A stretch of 64,000 bases of DNA from Phycisphaerales bacterium (GTDB lineage: Bacteria > Planctomycetota > Phycisphaerae > Phycisphaerales > UBA1924): positions 147,740-211,739 of the forward strand of contig JAWKTB010000001.1 in assembly GCA_041402005.1 (NCBI GenBank), given 5' to 3'. Position 1 is the stretch's first letter. The number at the start of each line of letters is the position of its first letter. The notes beneath the pieces were generated by a model. The model saw only the letters and a program-made list of their open reading frames with translations. It ran no database searches and was not told where the DNA came from. Shown here in pieces: positions 59,923 to 64,000 of the stretch. The position numbers and the translations under genes were made by a program.

Positions 59923-62811
59923 GTGGTCCGCCCCCGCCTGATCGCCCTGCTCGCGTGCCTCCTGCCGACCCTCGCGGCGGCGCAGGAGTACGTCCAGGTC
60001 CCCGACGACCCGGGCAGCTTCAACGAGCCTCCCCTCGGCGCCCTCGCCGACCCCGCGCGCCGACCCGACAGCGCCGGACGCGTCGTCGCCTTCTACGACT
60101 TCGAGGAGGAACTGACCAACCCCCTGCCCGTGCCCGTCGGTTGGGCGCGGGGGCAGAACGACCCCGAAGTCTCGCGCGACCGCCCGGGCTTCCCGATCTG
60201 GAACGCCGCCGAGCTCGATTACGACGCCCCGGCGTTCCGGGGCGCGGGCTCGGTCCGGCTGCCGGTCAAGGGGGATTCGACGAGCCTGATGCTGATCCCC
60301 GGCGTGCTCTCCGTCTTCGCCGAGGGCGACTACCTCGCCAGCGCCCAGGTGCGCACGAGGGGACTGACGTACGCGCGTGCCCAGCTCGTCGCGCGCCTGC
60401 TCGACAAGGACCTCGCCCCGATCAAGGGCGCCGAGTCTCGCTCGCCCCTGGTCACGTCCGAGGGCCAGTGGACGCGACTCGAGGCGCCGATCAACGGGAG
60501 CGGGGGGGACGCCGCGTACCTCCAGCTCGAGCTGCTCGTCCTCCAGCCCGAGCAGTACGACCCGATCCCCCCGGACGCGAGCTACCGCGTCGCGAGGCAG
60601 GACTACGACGGGGCCGCGTGGTTCGACGACGTGGGCGTGATCGCCATCCCGCGGATCGAGATCGTGCCCGACGCGCCCGCCGCCCTCGCCGTCGGCGACA
60701 CCCCGCCCGCCCTCGACATGCTCGTCCGCGACCTCGCGGGTCAGGCGATCAACGTCGAGATCCTGGTACGCGACGCCGACGATCAAGTCGTCGACCACCT
60801 CGAACGCGATATGCCAGGCGGACGCTTCGTCGAGCGATGGCGCCCCAACCTCCCCGTCTACGGGTGGTACCGCGCCGACATGATCGTCCGCGCCGGAGAT
60901 GCCCCGCGTCGGATCGTCGGCTCCGCGACCTCCGCGTTCGCCTGGGCGCCCGACGCGCCCGCGCCGTCGACCTCCGTCGGCGCCGCCTCCGGGGCGCCGA
61001 GCGTCGGTCTCAACACCGCCTCGCTCCCGGACGCCCTCGCCCGCGAGCTGCCCCGCCTGGCCCACCTCGTCGGCGCCCGCTCGGTCGACGTCTGCGTCTG
61101 GGATCGCGACGCGCCCCCCGAGACCGGCGACGCTCTCGCCGACCGCATCGCCCCGCTCGTCGACCAGCTCCTGCTCGACCAAGTACGAGTCACGCTCTCG
61201 ATCGCCAGCGTCCCGCCCGACATCGCGACGGGCCTGAACATCGACGTTGACGACGTCGTCTCGCTGCTCGCGCGCGACCAGCGTGCGTTCGGCGATCTGG
61301 CGGACCCGCTGCTCGATCGTTACGGCCAGCGCATCCAGCGCTGGGGCCTCGGCTCCCCCTCGAGCGCCGCGCCCTTCGCGCACACGAAACTCGATGCCGA
61401 CCTCGACCGCGCCACCTCGGCCGTCGCCCGCCTCGTTACCGCCCCGATCGTGGACGTTCCCTGGCGCACGGACCAGGCGATCGTGCCGGCGATCGCCTCG
61501 CCCGGGCGCGCTGCGACGATCCACGTCGTGCCGGGCACATCCCCGGAGGCTCACGCCGCCCTCGTCGCCGAGTGGGAGCACGCGGTCGAGAGTGTCAACG
61601 CCAGCCCCAGCCACCTCGCCGACCCGACCTCGCTGACGGTCTCGCTCGAGGCGCTCGACGAGAACGTCTTCGGCGTGCGCGCCGCCGCCGCCGACCTCGC
61701 CCGCCAGACGCTCACACTCTGGCAGGCCTTCACGAAGCGCGAGTTCTCGGGGTCGCCCGTCACCATCGCGCTGCTCGATCCCTGGCGCGTCGTCGACGAG
61801 CGCCGCCCCCGCGTCGAGCCGACCCCCGCCCTGCCCGTCTGGCGCACGCTCTCGGCACGCCTGCGTGGGCGACGCGTCGCGCTCCAGCTCCCCCTGGCGG
61901 AAGGGATCCACGCCCTTTTGCTCGAGCCGGTCGCCGGCGCCGACACCGAGTCCGACGCCGCCCTCGCCGTCTGGTCCGACACCCCGCGCGTGATCGACCT
62001 CAACCTCGGCGAGAGCGCCCTGACACGGATCGACCTCTTCGGCAACCGCTCGCCCGTGGACATGGCGACGCGGGAGGATCCCGCCGACGCCCCGGCCGCG
62101 CACCTCGCCATCTCCCCCGAGCCGATCTTCATCGAGGGCGTGGACGCGCGCCTCGTCCACCTCCTCGCCTCGATCCGCCTCGCCCCCAGAGACCTGCCGG
62201 GTGATCGCGACGAGCACGTCCTGACGCTCTCCATGACGAACCCCTGGGGGCACGTCATCCAGGGCGCTCTCTACGTCGTCGAGCCCGGCGGCTTCTCCGA
62301 GCCCGAGACCCCCGTCGACCGGAGCTGGCGCATCACGCCCCGCAAGGTCCCCTTCATGCTCGGCGCCGGCGAGTCGCTCGCCCAGACCATCATCGTCGCG
62401 CACAGCCTCGCCGAGGAGGCCGGCGTCAAGCCCGCCGTCGTGGACGTCGCCCTCGTCGCCGACCGCGACCGGGGCGTGCACCGCGTGAGGCGCTCCCTCG
62501 AGGTCGGCCTCCCGGGCGTCTCCCTGGACCTCTCCACGCGACGCTCGTCCCCCGACGAGCCCTCCCCCTTCATCGCCCTCGACGCGAACGTCACCAACAT
62601 CTCCGACGCCTCGATCTCGTTCGACCTTCTGGTCGTCGCCCCGGGCCAGCCCCGCGTCCGCCGTCACATCGCCGACCTCCGCCCGGGCGAGTCCGCGACG
62701 CGCACGTTCGCGTTCCCCGCGGATGAATCACTGCACGCCGCCCGGATCGCCGTCGGGCTGGAGCGCACCGACGCCGAGGGACGCCTCAACAAGACCGTCC
62801 TTGTCGAGTGA
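59923..62811 (+). CDS. large secreted hypothetical protein (~960 aa)
   Basis: Signal peptide VVRPRLIALLACLLPTLAAAQE. No catalytic motif recognised. The track ORF (59239) is over-extended antisense through the nitroreductase gene. The GTG 59923 start is tentative. Confidence 0.5.
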   Translation: MVRPRLIALLACLLPTLAAAQEYVQVPDDPGSFNEPPLGALADPARRPDSAGRVVAFYDFEEELTNPLPVPVGWARGQNDPEVSRDRPGFPIWNAAELDYDAPAFRGAGSVRLPVKGDSTSLMLIPGVLSVFAEGDYLASAQVRTRGLTYARAQLVARLLDKDLAPIKGAESRSPLVTSEGQWTRLEAPINGSGGDAAYLQLELLVLQPEQYDPIPPDASYRVARQDYDGAAWFDDVGVIAIPRIEIVPDAPAALAVGDTPPALDMLVRDLAGQAINVEILVRDADDQVVDHLERDMPGGRFVERWRPNLPVYGWYRADMIVRAGDAPRRIVGSATSAFAWAPDAPAPSTSVGAASGAPSVGLNTASLPDALARELPRLAHLVGARSVDVCVWDRDAPPETGDALADRIAPLVDQLLLDQVRVTLSIASVPPDIATGLNIDVDDVVSLLARDQRAFGDLADPLLDRYGQRIQRWGLGSPSSAAPFAHTKLDADLDRATSAVARLVTAPIVDVPWRTDQAIVPAIASPGRAATIHVVPGTSPEAHAALVAEWEHAVESVNASPSHLADPTSLTVSLEALDENVFGVRAAAADLARQTLTLWQAFTKREFSGSPVTIALLDPWRVVDERRPRVEPTPALPVWRTLSARLRGRRVALQLPLAEGIHALLLEPVAGADTESDAALAVWSDTPRVIDLNLGESALTRIDLFGNRSPVDMATREDPADAPAAHLAISPEPIFIEGVDARLVHLLASIRLAPRDLPGDRDEHVLTLSMTNPWGHVIQGALYVVEPGGFSEPETPVDRSWRITPRKVPFMLGAGESLAQTIIVAHSLAEEAGVKPAVVDVALVADRDRGVHRVRRSLEVGLPGVSLDLSTRRSSPDEPSPFIALDANVTNISDASISFDLLVVAPGQPRVRRHIADLRPGESATRTFAFPADESLHAARIAVGLERTDAEGRLNKTVLVE

Positions 62812-62829
62812 CGCCTGGGGCTGGCGGGT

Positions 62830-63606
62830 CTACGCCGGACGCAGCACGTACAGCGCGTACCCGCTGATCGGCGCCTCGATGTCATGCCCGTCCTCCTCGA
62901 CCACCGCCTCCAGGCGCATCGCCGATCCCGCGATCGCGTCCAGCCACTGGCTCTGTGAGTACGCCCGGAGTGAGTACGCCGAATCGATCCGGCGTTCCGA
63001 CGTGGACGTCTTGACGATCATGTGGCTGACGACGCGCTCGACCCGGTCGCGCGCCGCCGCCGGCAGATACTGCACGATCTGCGTCACCGAGAGCCCGCCG
63101 CGTCGCGCTCTCCAGACGTCCTCGCTCTCCATCTCGACGCCGTAGGCGCACACGCTCATCCCGATGACGTACACGCCGTCGGGCTTGAGCGCCCGCGCCA
63201 CCTCGCGCAGGTGCGCCCGCAACGACCGCTCGGTCTCGAGGTGGCGGATCGTGTTGATGAGGTTGAACGCCAGATCCGCGCGCCAGGGGGCGCGGTCCGC
63301 GAAGCGCGTCATGTCGCTGACGAACACGCTCGCCCGGCGCGCGTGCCCGAGGCGAGCGAGCCGCGACCGGGTGTACTCGACCATCTCCTCCGACGCATCG
63401 AAGCCGACCACGCGCCGCCCCCGCCCCGCGGCGACGCGCAGGTACCGCCCCGTCCCGCACGCGGGCTCCAGCCACACCCCCGGGGATCGCCCGCCAACGA
63501 AGCGATGCTGGATCCGCTCCAGCCCGTCCACTTCCAGGGCCGTCCCGGACGTGTGCAGCACGTCGTACACCTTCGGATCCGCATAGAACGACTGTCGCAC
63601 GCCCAC
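62830..63606 (-). CDS. class I SAM-dependent methyltransferase
   Basis: WLEPACGTGRYLRVAAGRGRRVVGFDASEEMV (motif I plus acidic loop), DLAFNLINTIRHL, LKPDGVYVIG. Confidence 0.8.
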   Translation of the reverse strand: MGVRQSFYADPKVYDVLHTSGTALEVDGLERIQHRFVGGRSPGVWLEPACGTGRYLRVAAGRGRRVVGFDASEEMVEYTRSRLARLGHARRASVFVSDMTRFADRAPWRADLAFNLINTIRHLETERSLRAHLREVARALKPDGVYVIGMSVCAYGVEMESEDVWRARRGGLSVTQIVQYLPAAARDRVERVVSHMIVKTSTSERRIDSAYSLRAYSQSQWLDAIAGSAMRLEAVVEEDGHDIEAPISGYALYVLRPA

Positions 63607-63620
63607 GCCCGGAGGGTAGC

Positions 63621-64000
63621 ATGGACGCTGTCTCCGACCGGAGGACCGAGATGGGCCACGCCAGCCCCGCCGTCGAGCAGATCGCTCTGATGATCGAGGA
63701 GCTGCCCACGTTGCTCGGGCGTTTCCTCGTCGGCTTCAACGAGTTGACGCGCATCGCGCAGGCGCCGAACATGCCCAACCACGTCATCTGGACGCTCGGA
63801 CATCTCTCGCTCTACCACCACCGGTCCGTCGAGCGGATCCTGCGTCTCGAGCCGGGGCCGTTGCCCGAGGGCGACTTCGTCACCGCCGACGGACGTGCCG
63901 GCGACGCCTGGCGCTTCGACACCGAGAGCGTCTGTTTCTCCTCGACCCCCATCGCCGATTCCGCGATCTATCCCACGCTCGAGCGGGGCATCGAGATCCA
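63621..64000 (+). CDS. DinB-family-like protein, 5' partial (runs off the right edge)
   Basis: GGAGGG RBS 4 nt upstream of ATG 63621. Open frame to the window end. PNHVIWTLGHLSLYHH resembles the first His-containing helix of DinB_2. Confidence 0.45.
   Translation, partial: MDAVSDRRTEMGHASPAVEQIALMIEELPTLLGRFLVGFNELTRIAQAPNMPNHVIWTLGHLSLYHHRSVERILRLEPGPLPEGDFVTADGRAGDAWRFDTESVCFSSTPIADSAIYPTLERGIEI

Noticed and set aside
59896-62667. 923-aa minus-strand ORF
   Set aside because: It is antisense to the signal-peptide-bearing plus-strand ORF. Its translation is dominated by G/R/D/E/V runs. The plus-strand product has balanced composition.

Overview
High-GC bacterial chromosomal segment (hand counts of a few 60-nt lines give about 57-75% G+C). 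It is densely coding on both strands, and I call about 60 CDS. Gene content and repeat types resemble Planctomycetota/Phycisphaerae, but that is inference only. Most genes are housekeeping: serA (partial), uppP, trmL, glyA, two clpP, yidC, mnmE, clpS, rimO, ftsW-murG, rsmA, manA-like, accB-accC and pepP. There is also a ~16-kb co-directional operon (43113-59103) of MoxR ATPase, DUF58, BatA-like VWA proteins and an ABC transporter. I recognised no rRNA, tRNA, CRISPR array, cas genes or obvious defence system. The most unusual content is at least five unrelated families of short GC-rich palindromic repeat elements. One 30-nt REP family flanks a RAYT-like HUH tyrosine transposase (24251-24784). 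Other families sit directly after stop codons (yidC, mnmE, clpS, GspE_N-like gene). Others are inserted in frame inside conserved genes: three elements in rimO and one in a DUF58 gene, reminiscent of Rickettsia palindromic elements. Further points are listed here. (1) A PEP-CTERM gene is broken by a 1-nt frameshift in a C-run exactly at its sorting motif, and it is preceded by a 570-bp hairpin-rich intergenic region with an orphan terminator. (2) A 56-codon Hc1 (histone H1-like) ORF with a TTG start is missing from the ORF track. (3) A UvrC N-terminal-half homolog has a degenerate GIY-YIG motif. (4) There are tandem paralog pairs of signal-peptide methyltransferase-fold proteins and of Zn-ribbon membrane proteins. 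Many long ORFs in the supplied track are antisense artefacts of high GC, and many real genes are 5'-over-extended there, so I chose internal starts by hand. All functional calls come from motif recognition by eye; no searches were run and start codons are provisional.
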